A DNA stretch of 64,000 nt from Octopus sinensis (GCF_006345805.1 NC_043000.1:1488001-1552000), one strand, 5' to 3'; positions 48,769 through 62,650 are shown, counted from the stretch's first letter. Numbers and translations are program-made. Notes: generated by a model not told the origin, from the sequence alone.

Positions 48769-49619
48769 CTGTGTGTGTGTGTGTCTATATATATATATAT
48801 GTATGTATGTATATATGTATATATGTATGTATGTATGTATATGTGTGTGTGTATACATACAGGGTGCAATGGGTATATTGTTTTTGATTTTGTCAACTAC
48901 ACAGTATAGTAGGGTCAGTTGAGCACCATCTGTGAGAAAACAGCACCATGCCAGAAATTTGGAAATGACATGCTGTACTGCTTGGCATTCACATTGGAAG
49001 CTCCAATAAGAAAATATATATATACATATTCTCATTTCAAGGATTTTTTGGCAGTTGACATAATGTAATAGGTATGTACTATGAGTGTTCAGTTTGGTTT
49101 ATCACTAAAACTCTGGTCTGAACTGCAACTGAAAAATGTGCTGCTGAAATTGTATATCAATTGCCTATATTCTCACAACCATATTTAGAATACATAAGAG
49201 GTGTTTATATGAAAGAGGTTGATTTACATTTTCTGTGTTAGGTTTGTGAGAGTTGTGACATTTGATTATGGTATTTTGTATCACTGTTGACAGATAAAGA
49301 GGAGTGTGTAAGGTTTAGTGATGTCAAAGGTTAGTAAAATTTTTGTGTTGTGTATAAAAGGATAATGGATCTGTATGATGTTACTTCATTTGAGTTTTTG
49401 TTAGGCATTAGTATTATGATAATTTTTGGTTTCCCTTGTGAAAAATGATCTTGGAGTACAAATGGGGATTGGTAGGCCACAATTTAAGGAAACAAACATC
49501 TTACATGACACATCTGGCTCTGGCCTAGAATTCATAAGGGTGGCAGAGAAGAGAATGTGCTACTGAGGTAGTGCTGAAGAAAGAGGTCTCCAGCCAGAGA
49601 AAAGCAGAAAAGACTGCCC

Positions 49620-49910
49620 AAAATCATCATCATCATCATCATCGTTTAACGTCCGCTTTCCATGCTAGCATGGGTTGGACGGTTCAACTGGGGTCTGGCG
49701 AGCCCGAAGGCTGCACCAGGCCAGTCAGATCTGGCAGTGTTTCTACAGCTGGATGCCCTTCCTAACGCCAACCACTCCAAGAGTGTAGTGGGTGATTTTA
49801 TGTGCCACCGACACAGGTGCCAGACGAGGCTGGCGAACGGCCACGGTCGGATGGTGTTTTTTATGTGCCACCGACACGGGTGCCAGACGAGGCTGGCAGA
49901 CGGCCACATC
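49620..49910 (-). mobile_element. RTE LINE 3' UTR copy (very similar to 884-1626)
   Basis: Shared subfamily sequence gagcccgaaggc and gtgggtgattttatgtgcc. Confidence 0.87.
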
Positions 49911-51302
49911 AAAACAGAAAAGTTTGTGGGTGGGCTATGCTCTTTAAGAAGTATGGTAACTTTAGTAAGTAAGGATAGGGGTCTCTGGTAGATGGAAGGA
50001 GTGGAACTTATGACTTGAATGGAGGTTGCATATTTTATATTTTGTATTTTTGCTTTTGTGTAGTTTTTAGTAACTTGTTTTTAAGAAATGTACGCTAAGA
50101 GAGCTTGTTTAGTGTTGCTATGTGAGTATATCATTTGGAGTTGTGATCTGACATAGAGTATGGTGCGACCCTCGTTGGTGCTGGTGAAGATGTTAATTAC
50201 TCTATAAAAAGTTTTACCATTAATCTTTTGGTTTATATCCGATACAAATGTTTGCCAGTTTTCTGTTTTTCTATGCTTTATTATCAATGGTAAACTAGCA
50301 AATTCATTAAAGTGTTGGAAAAAACACCTTGAGCCCTCGTGAGAAGCTTGGTAAAAAAGTAAAGTTACGTTCTTGAGTCATGTCTTGAGTCATAAGGGCC
50401 GGTTTCCCAGTTTCATAGCGTATATATTCCCCACCCGGACAGGACCCCGGTCCATCACAGCATTACTCATTTTTACCAGCTGAGTGGATTGGAGCAATGT
50501 GAAATGAAGTGTTTTGCTCAAGAACACAATGCATTGCCCAGTCCAGGAATCGAAACCACAATCTTATGATCATGAGTCCAACACCCTAACCACTAAGCCA
50601 TGCACCTCCACACGAGAAGACTGGTGTACATACCATCAAGGCTATCAAGAAGCACCTTCTTCATGGATCAGGTTCCATAAAGAAGAATTCTCTCTCTATG
50701 AAGGGACCAGGAAACCTGAATCAAATGCTTGTAACAGAATGCTCTTTGGAGCCAAACTTGTAGATGTATCGCATGGTAGATAAAACACTTATAGACTGTT
50801 AAATCAATTTCATAAAAAGCAGCAGGAAATTTCTAAAAGCAGCATTTTATTTTAGAAAATAGCCCGAAATGAAAATTTTTATGATAAATTAGATGTGTGT
50901 GTGTGAGGAAGGTTGGTCTATAAATTGGTTCTAATATACTTAGTTGATAGTTCAATATGGTATCCAAGAGGATTTTTACCTTCAAAAATTACAATTTTAA
51001 AACTTTAAAGTAGCAAGTTACCTAAAGATAGACTCCTCAACAGATGACAGTTGTTAAGAAAATTGCTTTGGGAAAGATTTGTGAGTAACAGGAAGAAGAC
51101 TTCCAGTGTTTTACATATATAATAAACAGGATATAAATTTGTACAACTTAAATAGGTGTTAAGTACTGATTGACACAAGGCAAAAATTCTCACTGAATTG
51201 CAATTTGCCTCTTAGTTGGAGAAAGACATCGAAAACTCAAAGGGGTTTGTTAGTGACCCTCAAAGAAAAGGAGAGTGAATTTTTTAAAAATTAATAATTA
51301 AT

Positions 51303-51720
51303 AGGCGCAGGAGTGGCTGTGTGGTAAGTAGCTTGCTTACCAACCACATGGTTCCGGGTTCAGTCCCACTGCGTGGCACCTTGGGCAAGTGTCTTCTGCT
51401 ATAGCCACGGGCCGACCAATGCCTTGTGAGTGGATTTGGTAGACGGAAACTGAAAGAAGCCTGTCGTATATATGTATATATATATATGTATATGTGTGTG
51501 TGGTGGGGTTTGTGTGTCTGTGTTTGTCCCCCTAGCATTGCTTGACAACCGATGCTGGTGTGTTTACGTCCCCGTCACTTAGCGGTTCGGCAAAAGAGAC
51601 CGATAGAATAAGTACTGGGCTTACAAAGAATAAGTCCCGGGGTCGATTTGCTCAACTAAAAGGCGGTGCTCCAGCATGGCCGCAGTCAAATGACTGAAAC
51701 AAGTAAAAGAGTAAAAGAGT
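51303..51720 (+). mobile_element. SINE family A
   Basis: Family match. Confidence 0.9.
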
Positions 51721-51859
51721 AATTACACAGATAGTTATTAATTTTCATGTTTGGCAGGGAATATAAAAAATTGTAGTTTTGAGTTTATTTAGAATATTTA
51801 CTTTATATTATTTCATTTAGTCTATGTTTCAGTGTGTAATGTATATTGTGTAATGTTTT

Positions 51860-52530
51860 AGTATGTAATGAGGCGGTGAGTGGGCAGAAACATTAGCACA
51901 CCGGGCGAAATGCTTAGCGGTATTTCATTTGACTGCGAGCTGGCAGAAACGTTAGCACGCCGGGCGAAATGCTTTAGCGGTATTTCGTCTGCGTTACGTT
52001 GTGAGTTCAAATTCCGCCGAGGTCGACTTTGCCTTTCATCCTTTCGGGGTCGATAAATTAAGTACCAGTTACGCACTGGGGTCGATGTAATCAACTTAAT
52101 ACCTATGTCTGTCCTTGTTTGTCCCCTCTGTGTTTAGCCCCTTGTGGGTAATAAAGAAATAGGTATTTCATTTGACTCTACATTCTGAGTTCAAATTCTA
52201 CCAAGGTCAACTTTGCTTTCATTCTTTCAGGGTCGATTAAATAAGTACCAGTTATGCACTGGAGTAAATGTAATCAACTTAATCCCTTTGTCTGTCCTTG
52301 TTTGTTTCCTCTATATTTAGTCCCCTGTGGGCAATAAAGAAATAAATATTTAGAATGTAATAAGGCAGTGAGCTGCTAGAAACGTTCTGAGTTCAAATTA
52401 CGCCGAGGTCAACCTTGCCTTTCATCCTTTCAGGGTCAATAAATTAAGTACCAGTTGCATAGTGGTGTTGATCTAATCGACTGCCCCACCTCCCGCAAAA
52501 TTTCGGGTCTTGTGCCTAGAGTAGAAAAGG
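51860..52530 (+). mobile_element. cluster of three SINE family B copies (first has duplicated head)
   Basis: Repeated gagttcaaatt...tttcagggtc..taagtaccagtt blocks. Confidence 0.8.
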
Positions 52531-52583
52531 TGTCTTGGGGAAATCTTAAACCTGGGTTCTCATTCCTAAGGTATTTTTTGATG

Positions 52584-52637
<54 letters not shown>

Positions 52638-53172
52638 TATTATTGTTGTTGTTATGGGCCGACCAATGCCTTGTGAGTGGATTTGGTAGACAGAAACTGA
52701 AAGAAGCCTGTCGTATATATATATATATATATGTATATGTGTGTGTGTGTGTTTGTGTGTCTGTGTTTGTCCCCCTAGCATTGCTTGACAACCGATGCTG
52801 GTGTGTTTACGTCCCCGTCACTTAGCGATTTGGCAAAAGAGACCGATAGAATAAGCACTGGGCTTACAAAGAATAAGTCCTGGGGTCGATTTGCTCGACT
52901 AAAGGCGGTGCTCCAGCATGGCCGCAGTCAAAATGACTGAAACAAGTAAAAGAGTAAAAGAGATAAAAAGAGTATTGTTCAGGTCACTGCTTGGAATCAA
53001 ACTCAGAATCTTGGGGTTTGTAGCCCGCGCTCTTAACCACTACGCCATATGCCCGTAGAACTGTATGATATTCAAGTGTTGTCTCTGTTAGTTTAAAATT
53101 TTTGATGCACCATTTTCCATCATTAATAGAACTGTCAACATCTTTGACATGGGTAAGCTTGTTGTATAATAT

Positions 53173-54225
53173 TGTTACGGGGTTTAACTAGTGCAGTGTT
53201 TCTGACCCACATCGTGGATATGGTTCCAGTATGTCTGGTGAAAATGTGACAGTCTTTTGTCTAATGGAGGACTAATGGGTTTTGGAATGACCTGTGACCT
53301 CGTGCGGCTGAGAAGAGGGTCAGGAGAATGTGAAAGAGGAAGACAGATTAAGGGAATCTAAGAGCAGATGGAGAGGGTATTGACAGTAAGAGAGAAGGAC
53401 AGGCAGAGAGTATGGTAGAGCTGTCATGAGAGAGATAGAGTATAAGACTAAGGGACAGTTAGAGAGGGTATGAGTGGTACAGAGGGAGATGAGGGAGTGG
53501 AAGAAGCAGAGACGAAGTGAGGTCTTGGCAGTCGCTGGCCGGTCCTCGAAGAAGACAGACGGACCTTGGATTTAAGGAGCAAGCGTTGGAATTCTTAGGA
53601 GCAAGTTGGATGTGAGAAAGCTTGGCGGCACAGAAGGGAATTAGCAGTATTCAGAGGAATTAGCAGTATTGAGAGGAATGGGACACTGGCAGATTCAATT
53701 AGGAATTGAGGTATGTGTTTGTGCATTGATATGTGTCACGGTGTATTGAACAGTGAAAAGAACAGTCAAGGACTCTGTCGATGTGGTCGATAAAGGACAT
53801 TGTGAAGAAGAAGAGTAAAGGACTTGTTGATTGTGATGTTTAGGAAGAGACTTTAAAGAACTGTTGTCTTGGGACGTGTACTCTTGAATTGTTACATGAT
53901 GTTGTATTATGCTTTGAGTTGTACTCTTGAAATGCTGTTGTATTATGTATTGAGTAGTCACGTGCATGCTTTGATGTATCTTGATGTTGTAACAATTGTA
54001 ATTGTCGTATAAACTGTTGTTTGAATATAAGCCAGTGTTGCCAGTTGTTGCCTTGCCTCTTTGGGTTGTATCTCGGGTTGTGCCTCTGTATCTCTGTGCT
54101 GAGGTTGAGGTTGTGGCAGTATCTATCTGTATCTCCTCTCTCCGCCTCTTTGGGTTCCGTGGCGAACTTGTGTGAGCCGTTCGGGGCGAGCGACGACGAC
54201 AGGCGATCCAGTCCGTTTCGTAACA
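53173..54225. mobile_element. solo LTR (Gypsy-like), 1053 bp
   Basis: TGTTACG...CGTAACA terminal inverted repeat; 4-bp TSD ATAT on both sides. Confidence 0.8.
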
Positions 54226-54309
54226 ATATATACTAAATAATAGTTAGTGCATCATTTTAATATTTAGTGTTTTTGATTCAGTGTTTTCATTTATTTATTT
54301 TTTTTTGCT

Positions 54310-54615
54310 CTCTTTTCAAGCCTAGCCAGGCTCATGGGCTCGGTATCCCGGTTTCTGTGGCATATGTGTTACCCCCAGCTGGACGGGACGCCAGTCCATC
54401 ACTGCGTTACTCAAGAAATAGGAAGAGAGAGTGAGAGAAAGTTGTGGCGAAAGAGTACAACAGGGTTCACCACCACCCCCTGTCAGAGCCTCGTGGTGCT
54501 TTTTTTTTAGGTGTTTTCACTCAATAAACACACACAATGCCCGGTCTGGGAATCGAAACTGCAATCCTCCAACCGCGAATCTGCTGCCCTAACCACTGGG
54601 CCATTGCGCCGCCAC
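54310..54615 (-). mobile_element. SINE family C
   Basis: Family match to 36945-37236. Confidence 0.85.
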
Positions 54616-54824
54616 AGTGTTTTTATTTAGTGTGTAATTTTTAATGTGTAATATTTATTGCGTAATATTTAGTGTTTAAAAGCAATTTAAATGTTGATTT
54701 GAAAGTTCTGTTTTGGCTATGTAGTTTGGTGTGGTTCCCTCTTTAAGTGTTGCCACTTAGCCTGGCTGACGCGTCATTCAAGTGAAGTGTGGAGAAGGGC
54801 ACATGCAGGGGCATAATAGGTATT

Positions 54825-55062
54825 TTGGGCGGCGAGCTGGCAGAAACGTTAGCATGCCGGGTGAAATGCTTAGCGGTATTTCGTCTGCGTTACGTTGTGA
54901 GTTCAAATTCTGCCGAGGTTGACTTTGCCTTTCATCCTTTCGGGGTCGATAAATTAAGTACCAGTTACGCACTGGAGTCAATGTAATCGACTTAATACCT
55001 ATGTCTGTCCTTGTTTGTCCTCTCTGTGTTTAGCCCCTTGTGGGCAGTAAAGAAATAGGTAT
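54825..55062 (+). mobile_element. SINE family B, full length
   Basis: ggcggcgagctggcagaaacgttagc...gagttcaaattc...aaagaaataggtatt. Confidence 0.88.
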
Positions 55063-56544
55063 TCACAACATCTCTAATGCCAAAACATTGACCAAAACTG
55101 GAAGAGTGGCCTTCACAAATTAGATAACAAACTAGTGGGAGAGAGAGAGAGAGAAAGAGTACCAGATGAACTCAGGGCTTTCTAGAAAACTTAGTCGTGG
55201 AGGTAGGTAGCTTAGGTGGGTGGTTGTCTTGTATCCTGAGGGTATGGAGAAGGTAGGGTGGTGCATGATGAATTATCAGTCAAGAAGATGCTACTGGTAG
55301 AGTATTATTAGAGCAGTTGTGGTTGTGGTTGTGTTGATGGTGGTTATAGGGATAAGGTGGATGTTGTGTTTATGGTACCGAGTAATGATGATCATTTTAC
55401 TCACGGTGGTATGATGCTGTTGGATGTGATTATTGAATGGTGGCAGCATTTATACAAGTAATGATAGCAGAAAAGAATAGTAGTATGATGGGGCTGGGGG
55501 GGGGGGTAGTACAGAGTGGCTGTGATTGTGATAGAGGTGGTGATTGTAGTTATGGCGGTGGTGGTGACAGGGATAATGATGGTGATGAAGGCACTAATGA
55601 TGATGATGAGGAGGAGAAGGAGGAGGAGCAGGAGGATGTTGATGATTGTGGTGGTGCTTGTGATGAAGACAACGATAAGGACAACAACGATGGCGGCATT
55701 GGTGGTGTTGGCGGTGGTGGTGGTGGTGGTGGTAGTGGTGGCAATGGTGGGGGATGTAGTTGTACCCTACATATCAACACAGATAAATCACTGGCTGTCC
55801 GATGAATTTGAACCTACTACTCTCTGCTTCTGATTTTCTCCATGGTGGTGGTGGTGGTGATGGGGGCGGCGGTGGTGGTGGTGGTGGTGGTGGTGGTGGT
55901 GCTGATGGTGGCAGAGGCATTTATGCCCTAGATGTCAACAAAGCTGACTCTCTCTCTCTCTGACTCTCTGATGAATTTGAACCCACTCCCTCCTCTACTA
56001 ACTGACCTTTTCCATTGTCCTATCCTCCCCTTCCTCCGTCTTCTCCTCCCGCTCTTACCCCTTTGTTACTGGCAGTGGTAGCAATATTGTTCTAGTTGGC
56101 ATTCTCGTCATTTCTAAGAATTGATAATCTTACAAAGTATCTTCCCAGAACCGATAATGAAACACTGATATTGATCAAAGCAGGACACTACAAGAGCCAT
56201 AGCATCTCTATTTCTCTTAGTATTTCATTTTCAGTCTAATGTCCACCTCACATCTGTTGCTCACAAATTATATTTTTGGCACAAGAGGCTGAGTATGGAA
56301 ATAAAACACCAGGGAATTAGTTTCTTATAGATTATTGGATTTTAGCAAAGTTGGCAGTCACAAGATCAATGGAAGCTGTCACCAGACAAAACCATGTTTT
56401 TGGTTTTACCTGGCAAAGTTGTTAGAGTGCAGAGCAGAATGCCTTGTGGTATTTGTACTTGCCCTTTGTGTTCTGGGTTCAAATCTGGCTGAAGAGTTTA
56501 ACTTTGCCTTTCGTCTTTTCAGAGTAAAAAATAATCTAGAACCA

Positions 56545-56990
56545 GTCCAGGTCATCATTATCATCATCATCATCATCAACATTGTTGTCATCATCACCAT
56601 CATCACCATCAACACCACAATCACCATCACCACCATCATCACCACCATCACCACCATCACCACCACCATCACCATCATCACCACCACCATCACCACCACA
56701 ATCACCATCACCACCATCACCACCATCATCACCACCACCATCAGCATCATCACCACCATCATCACCACCATCACCACCACCATCACCACCATCACCACCA
56801 CCATCACCATCATCACCACCACCATCACCACCCTCATCAGCATCATCACCACCATCATCACCACCCTCATCAGCATCATCACCACCCTCATCAGCATCAT
56901 CACCACCATCATCACCACCCTCATCAGCATCATCACCACCATCACCATCATCTTCATTGCCGTTGTCATCATCACTGTCATCATCATTTC
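56545..56990. repeat. (CAT/CAC)n compound repeat (a similar GGT/GAT tract lies at 55480-55915)
   Basis: Direct. Confidence 0.93.
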
Positions 56991-57602
56991 TATGGCTTGG
57001 TGCCTTTTCAAACACCAACCACTCTACAGAGCCTACAGGTTACTTTTTGTTACTTGTTTTTTGTTCCGCTGGCACAAGTAAGGATGCTAAGTAACAGGAA
57101 AAGAACAGAAAAAAACCCTTAACTATTTGATTAAAAGGATTTGAGAAGGGAAGGTGACTTTATGCTAGGTGTTGAGAGACAAAAGTATGGCAGAGGGACA
57201 AGCACAGGTGTCTTACTATAGAGGAGATGTTGTTGAGAATTATTAGAATCTGAGACACAATATCTTGTAGCAGTTGCTCCAGCTTTTTACATTCTGAGTT
57301 CTTGGACAGCAGACTGAATACATTGCCTGGTCTAATCCTACCATCTAACCCTAGGGTGTCTTTAGTGGGGCTCATTATATGGTAAATATAAGGTTCAGGT
57401 TTCTGGTTCAAGGATAACTTCCTCACTTTCTTCCACCACTCTTGAAGGCTCTGAGAAATAAAGAGCCATATTCTTCATTCTTTGACTAAGCAGTAGGAAA
57501 AATGGTCAAAGAAAGAACGGCAGTGCATATAGCCTTTACAGTTCTTCAAATATTAATGAAGTTGAAGTGATTAATACCTAGCTCAAACTACTACAGGTTC
57601 TT

Positions 57603-57869
57603 GTGAGAGTTGCTGAAGCATGGAACAAACTGCCGGCATCAGTTGTTAGTTGTCGGAGCACTGCATCCTTCAAAACTTCCATGCTTCCTGAGATTCGCCA
57701 ACACTACACCTGATTTTCTCCCCTCCATACACACACAAGCATGTATCTAACTCATACATTGTTCGCTTTCCAGACATTTCTACATTACTGCATATACTTT
57801 ATACACACTTTTGACAAGTTGTGGTGCACCTGAGCACTGTATACAATTAATTTCATTATTATTATTATT
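57603..57869 (+). mobile_element. CR1/L2-type LINE 3' end
   Basis: VRVAEAWNKLPASVVSCRSTASFKTSM...-stop, UTR, (ATT)n tail. Confidence 0.75.
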
Positions 57870-58099
57870 TATTAAGTCTGAAGTCAGGTGGAGGTACATG
57901 GCTAAGTGGTTAGTGTTTAATCCTGTGATGCATTGACATTCCATCTAGGAGGGGAATTTATATGCTATGAAAACAAGAAAATTGGCCCTTATGAATTGAC
58001 ATGACTTGAAAGAGTAACTTTACTTTTTTTTAACAAGGGGTGTGGCAAGGGGTTGGTCTGTCTCAGTCAACTCTTTTATGGGGGCAGTACTTCTGAGTC

Positions 58100-58440
58100 T
58101 GGTGTCATCATCATCATCATTGTTTAATGTCCGCTTTCCATGCTAGCATGGGTTGGACGATTTTGACTGAGGACTGGCAAACCAGATGGCTGCACCAGGC
58201 TCCAATCTTGATATGCCAGAGTTTCTACAGCTGGATGCCCTTCCTAATGCCAACCACTCCGAGAGTGTAGTGGGTGCTTTTAAAGTGCCACCACCACGAG
58301 GGCCAGTCTGGCGGTACTGGCAACAACCACACTTGAAAATGGTGTTTTTTATGTGCCACCTGCACAGGAGTCAGTCCAGCGGCACTGGCAATGACCCCGC
58401 TCGAATGTTTTGTTCACGTGCCACTGGCACAAGTGCATAA
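58100..58440 (-). mobile_element. RTE LINE 3' UTR copy, diverged
   Basis: Family match. Confidence 0.8.
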
Positions 58441-59959
58441 ACAAGTGTATAAACTAAAAGAGCTTGTAGGGCCCAGGGATAGGGGTGGCAAACCCAAGGG
58501 CTGCCCTGGGCTGCATACAATCTAATTACACCATTGTCTATGGAGAAAACATGTTGCAGGAATGGTACTCTAGAGGCTTTCATTTCTGAGGAAGAAGGGG
58601 CAGATAATGGTTTGACATTTAGCTGGGTATAGTTATATGCACCCTCATCTCTCGGTTCCTGTTCTGCCACCTGTGGCCACCCATCATCATATTTCTAATA
58701 ACTCATGGAAGAGTGGTATCTTCTTAAACTTTTCTCTTACAGGCACAGGCATGGCTTTGTTTAAAGAACTCACTTTGCAACTATGTGGTTTTGAGTTCAG
58801 ACCCACTGCTTGGCATCTTGGGCAAGTATCTTCAATTATAGAGCTCTGGGCCAACCAATGCTTTGTAAATGAATTTGGTAGATTGAAACTAAGCGAAAGC
58901 CCCCTCTATCCCTCTCCATTTCTCTTTCTTTTTCTCTCTCTCTCTCTCCTTATATATATATGCTTGTGTGCATGCGTGTGTGCATGTGTGTGTGTGTGTG
59001 TGTGTCTGTCTGTCTGTCTGTTTGTCTCCAAGTACTGCCTGACAACCAGTATTGGTCTATTTACATCTCTATAACTTAGCAGTTTGGCAAAAGAGATCAA
59101 CAGAATAAATACGACACTTAAAAAATATAAGTGCTAGGTTCGATTTGCTTGACTAAACGCTTCAAGGCAGTGCTCCAGCATGACCACAGTCCAATGACTG
59201 AAGGAGGAAATAAAAATGATAAAAAACAAGAGATTACTTTCACAAAGGCCCCTATCTTTGAAATAGGGTCTACTGGCAGAGATTCTTGATACCCTTTAAT
59301 TTCCTTATTAAACTTTGAAATCCTAATTACATTCAGTCTTGAGGAAGTGAGTAACATGTTCAGAACACGCAGGCTGGAGATTCTATTTCTGGAACATTCC
59401 CTGTCAATACTAAAGCAATGGTTTTGCTTTCAATCAGATTATTTTGATATAAACGTCAACATGGAATGTTATCTTGATTGGGGTCTTTCCTTTTTTTCAG
59501 CTGGAGTGAGTTGACTTGATTAGATATGGATAATTCTATTTTAGCTGGGCTAAGCTTCCTTATTTTAGACACTGATTCATCGATCCTATCTTAACTGGAG
59601 TTGAGAACGTTGATTAGGTAGTGACTGGTTAAACCTGAGTCATTGGTGATGGAGTAACAGTTAATCTTGGAGATGAGAAAAAGGAGGAGTCAAAACTGAA
59701 TGAGGATTGTCTAAGCTAAGGAGATGGTGATGTGCCTGTGTAAATAATTCAGTGACAATTAGTTCTTAGAGCTAATAAACCAACATTCTACAGAATAAAT
59801 TGATTATTCTGTTTAAGGAACTGACTTGCTGTTGAAGAAACTCCAGAGTGGCAGCCAAATAGTTTAATCCCAAAGAAATCATTATTTCCTACCAATGCAT
59901 CAATTTTATTTCTCCATTTTGTTCATTGACACCAATATACACATACATATACATATATA

Positions 59960-60132
59960 TAGGCGCAGGAGTGGCTGTGTGGTAAGTAGCTTGCTAACCA
60001 ACCACATGGTTCTGGGTTCAGTCCCACTGTGTGGCACCTTGGGCAAGTGTCTTCTGCTATAGCCTCGGGCCGACCAATGCCTTGTGAGTGGATTTGGTAG
60101 ACGGAAACTGAAAGAAGCCTGTCGTATATATG

Positions 60133-60163
<31 letters not shown>

Positions 60164-60348
60164 ATGTGTGTGTGTGTGTTGTCCCCCTAGCATTGCTTGA
60201 CAACCGATTCTGGTGTGTTTATGTCCCCGCCACTTAGCGGTTCGACAAAAGAGACCGATAGAATAAGTACTGGGCTTACAAAGAATAAGTCCTGGGGTCG
60301 ATTTGCTCGACTAAATGTGGTGCTCCAGCATGGCCGCAGTCAAATGAC
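59960..60348 (+). mobile_element. SINE family A, tail truncated by MITE
   Basis: Family match up to gtcaaatgac. Confidence 0.88.
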
Positions 60349-60578
60349 TTGATTACATCCGACGTTATAATTCAAATGCCCCAACTAACAGCGCGCCAAA
60401 TTTTCACGGAAAACAAATACACCATTTAGAAATAAATGCAGCATAATTATAATTAATTAATAAGGGTGAGAGAATTAGATACTAATTTAATAGTATATCT
60501 ATTCTACACCAAGTGGCCTAGTGCTCCGAGAAACCTGGATTATTATAATTATTGAATTATAACGTCGGATGTAATCAA
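60349..60578. mobile_element. MITE with perfect 27-bp TIRs, superfamily unassigned
   Basis: ttgattacatccgacgttataattcaa / ttgaattataacgtcggatgtaatcaa. Confidence 0.85.
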
Positions 60579-60884
60579 TTGAACCACACGCGTATTTATC
60601 GTTATGGTAAGGTCTGGCGTGTGATTGAGTGGATTTCATCCAGATAGTTTTGGCTGAGGAGCTACAAGTGGATTTTTTTTGTAAGTAATATTACATTTAA
60701 TTCATTAATAGCGAAACAATTGTCCCAAAATAATCTGTATTTTGTTATTTTTTATTTGCCCTGTCCGTGTGAGCTAACAATCGTTCTGACTTTCATGGGA
60801 AACATGTATTTTTGTGGTTGAAACCTTTTGGATTAACTGGTGCTAGAGTGAGCCATATAGTGACCACTCTCTTATATTTATTTT

Positions 60885-60945
<61 letters not shown>

Positions 60946-60949
60946 TTTT

Positions 60950-61349
60950 TTCTTTTATTCTTTTATTTGTTTCAGTCATTTGACTGCGGCCATGCTGGAG
61001 CACCGCCTTTAGTCGAGCAACTCGACCCCGGGACTTATTCTTTGTAAGCCCAGTACTTATTCTATCGGTCTCTTTGCCGAACCGCTAAGTGACGGGGACT
61101 ACAAACACACCAGCATCGGTTGTCAAGCAATGCTGGGGAAAAACACAAACCACACACACACACACATATATATATAATATATATACACATATATACGACA
61201 GGCTTCTTTCAGTTTACGTCTACCAAATCCACTCACAAGGCATTGGTCGGCCCGGGGCTATAGCAGAAGACACTTGCCCAAGATGCCACGCAGTGGGACT
61301 GAACCCGGAACCATGTGGTTGGTTAGCAAGCTACTTACCACACAGCCAC
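60950..61349 (-). mobile_element. SINE family A
   Basis: Family match. Confidence 0.88.
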
Positions 61350-61598
61350 TATATATATATATACACACACACACACGCACACACACACACATATAAACTA
61401 AAATAGCACATCACTTTCCCAATACTAACCCCGAATCTACAGACACTACTTCCACTCACTACTTCCACTCAAAAATACCCTACACACATCACCCTCGGTC
61501 ACCCCACTCGCCACCCCGAGCCTATAACAACAATAACAACACCTCCACTCCTAATCAACCCACACACTCTAAACATTCTAAGGCCAGGAAGTTCTATT

Positions 61599-62370
61599 CA
61601 TGTAGCACTGGCATGGGTGCTTTTTATGTAGCATTGGCATGGGTGCTTTTCATGTAGCACTGGCATGGGTGCTTTTCATGTAGCACTGGCATGGGTGCTT
61701 TTCATGTAGCACTGGCATGGGTGCTTTTCATGTAACACTGGCATGGGTGCTTTTCATGTAGCACTGGCATGGGTGCTTTTCATGTAGCACTGGCATGGGT
61801 GCTTTTCATGTAACACTGGCATGGGTGATTTTCATGTAGCACTGGCATGGGTGATTTCCATGTAGCATTGGCATGGGTGCTTTTCATGTAGCACTGGCAT
61901 GGGTGCTTTTCATGTAGCACTGGCATGGGTGCTTTTCATGTAGCACTGGCATGGGTGCTTTTCATGTAGCACTGGCATGGGTGATTTTCATGTAGCACTG
62001 GCATGGGTGATTTCCATGTAGCATTGGCATGGGTGCTTTTCATGTAGCACTGGCATGGGTGATTTTCATGTAGCACTGGCATGGGTGATTTCCATGTAGC
62101 ATTGGCATGGGTGCTTTTCATGTAGCACTGGCATGGGTGCTTTTCATGTAGCTCTGGCATGGGTGCTTTTCATGTAGCACTGGCATGGGTGCTTTTCATG
62201 TAACACTGGCATGGGTGCTTTTCATGTAGCACTGGCATGGGTGCTTTTCATGTAGCACTGGCATGGGTGCTTTTCATGTAACACTGGCATGGGTGCTTTT
62301 CATGTAGCACTGACATGGGTGCTTTTCATGTAGCACTGGCATGGGTGCTTTTACATGACACTAGCACAGA
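61599..62370. repeat. 26-bp minisatellite (catgtagcactggcatgggtgctttt) x ~29
   Basis: Direct. Confidence 0.97.
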
Positions 62371-62469
62371 TGTTTTTTATGTGGCTCTGGCACAAGTGTT
62401 TTTCCATGTAGCATGGCATTTATGCAATACCAACATGGGTGTCTTCCAGCTGGATTCCCAAGTGTGGCC

Positions 62470-62650
62470 AATTGAGACTTTGCATATTATCCAATCATCT
62501 CATTCTTGGTCTATCCTAGGTTTCATGCCAGTTGACTTGACTTGAAGAACCTGTCTTATGTTCCCTTCCTGGGACATTCTAATCACATGTTCGTAGTAAT
62601 GGGGCTGTGACTTCTCAATGCAGAGGAGTAGAAGTCTGAGCAGGAAAGAC
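62470..62650 (-). mobile_element. decayed RTE (Rex3/Expander-like) RT C-terminus
   Basis: LLLCIEKSQPHYYEHVIRMSQE...STGMKPR..RPR. Confidence 0.5.

Noticed and set aside
50081-50340. minus-strand ORF IIKHRKTENWQTFVSDIN...
   Set aside because: Possibly a decayed I/Jockey-type LINE linker region, but too short and degenerate to call; not a host gene.
55437-57094. Gly/Asp-rich and Thr/Ile-rich ORFs resembling structural proteins
   Set aside because: Derived from GGT/GAT/CAC triplet tracts with homogeneous codons, unlike the mixed-codon Pro run at 17883-17957.
8227-61349. Recurrent 65-90-aa ORFs (RQASFSFRLPNPLTRHWSARG..., MTTDAGVFTSPSLSG...)
   Set aside because: Same SINE A sequence translated in each copy; indels and microsatellite length shift the frames.
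61599-62370. CRISPR-like direct repeats
   Set aside because: Contiguous 26-bp units without spacers, so a minisatellite.
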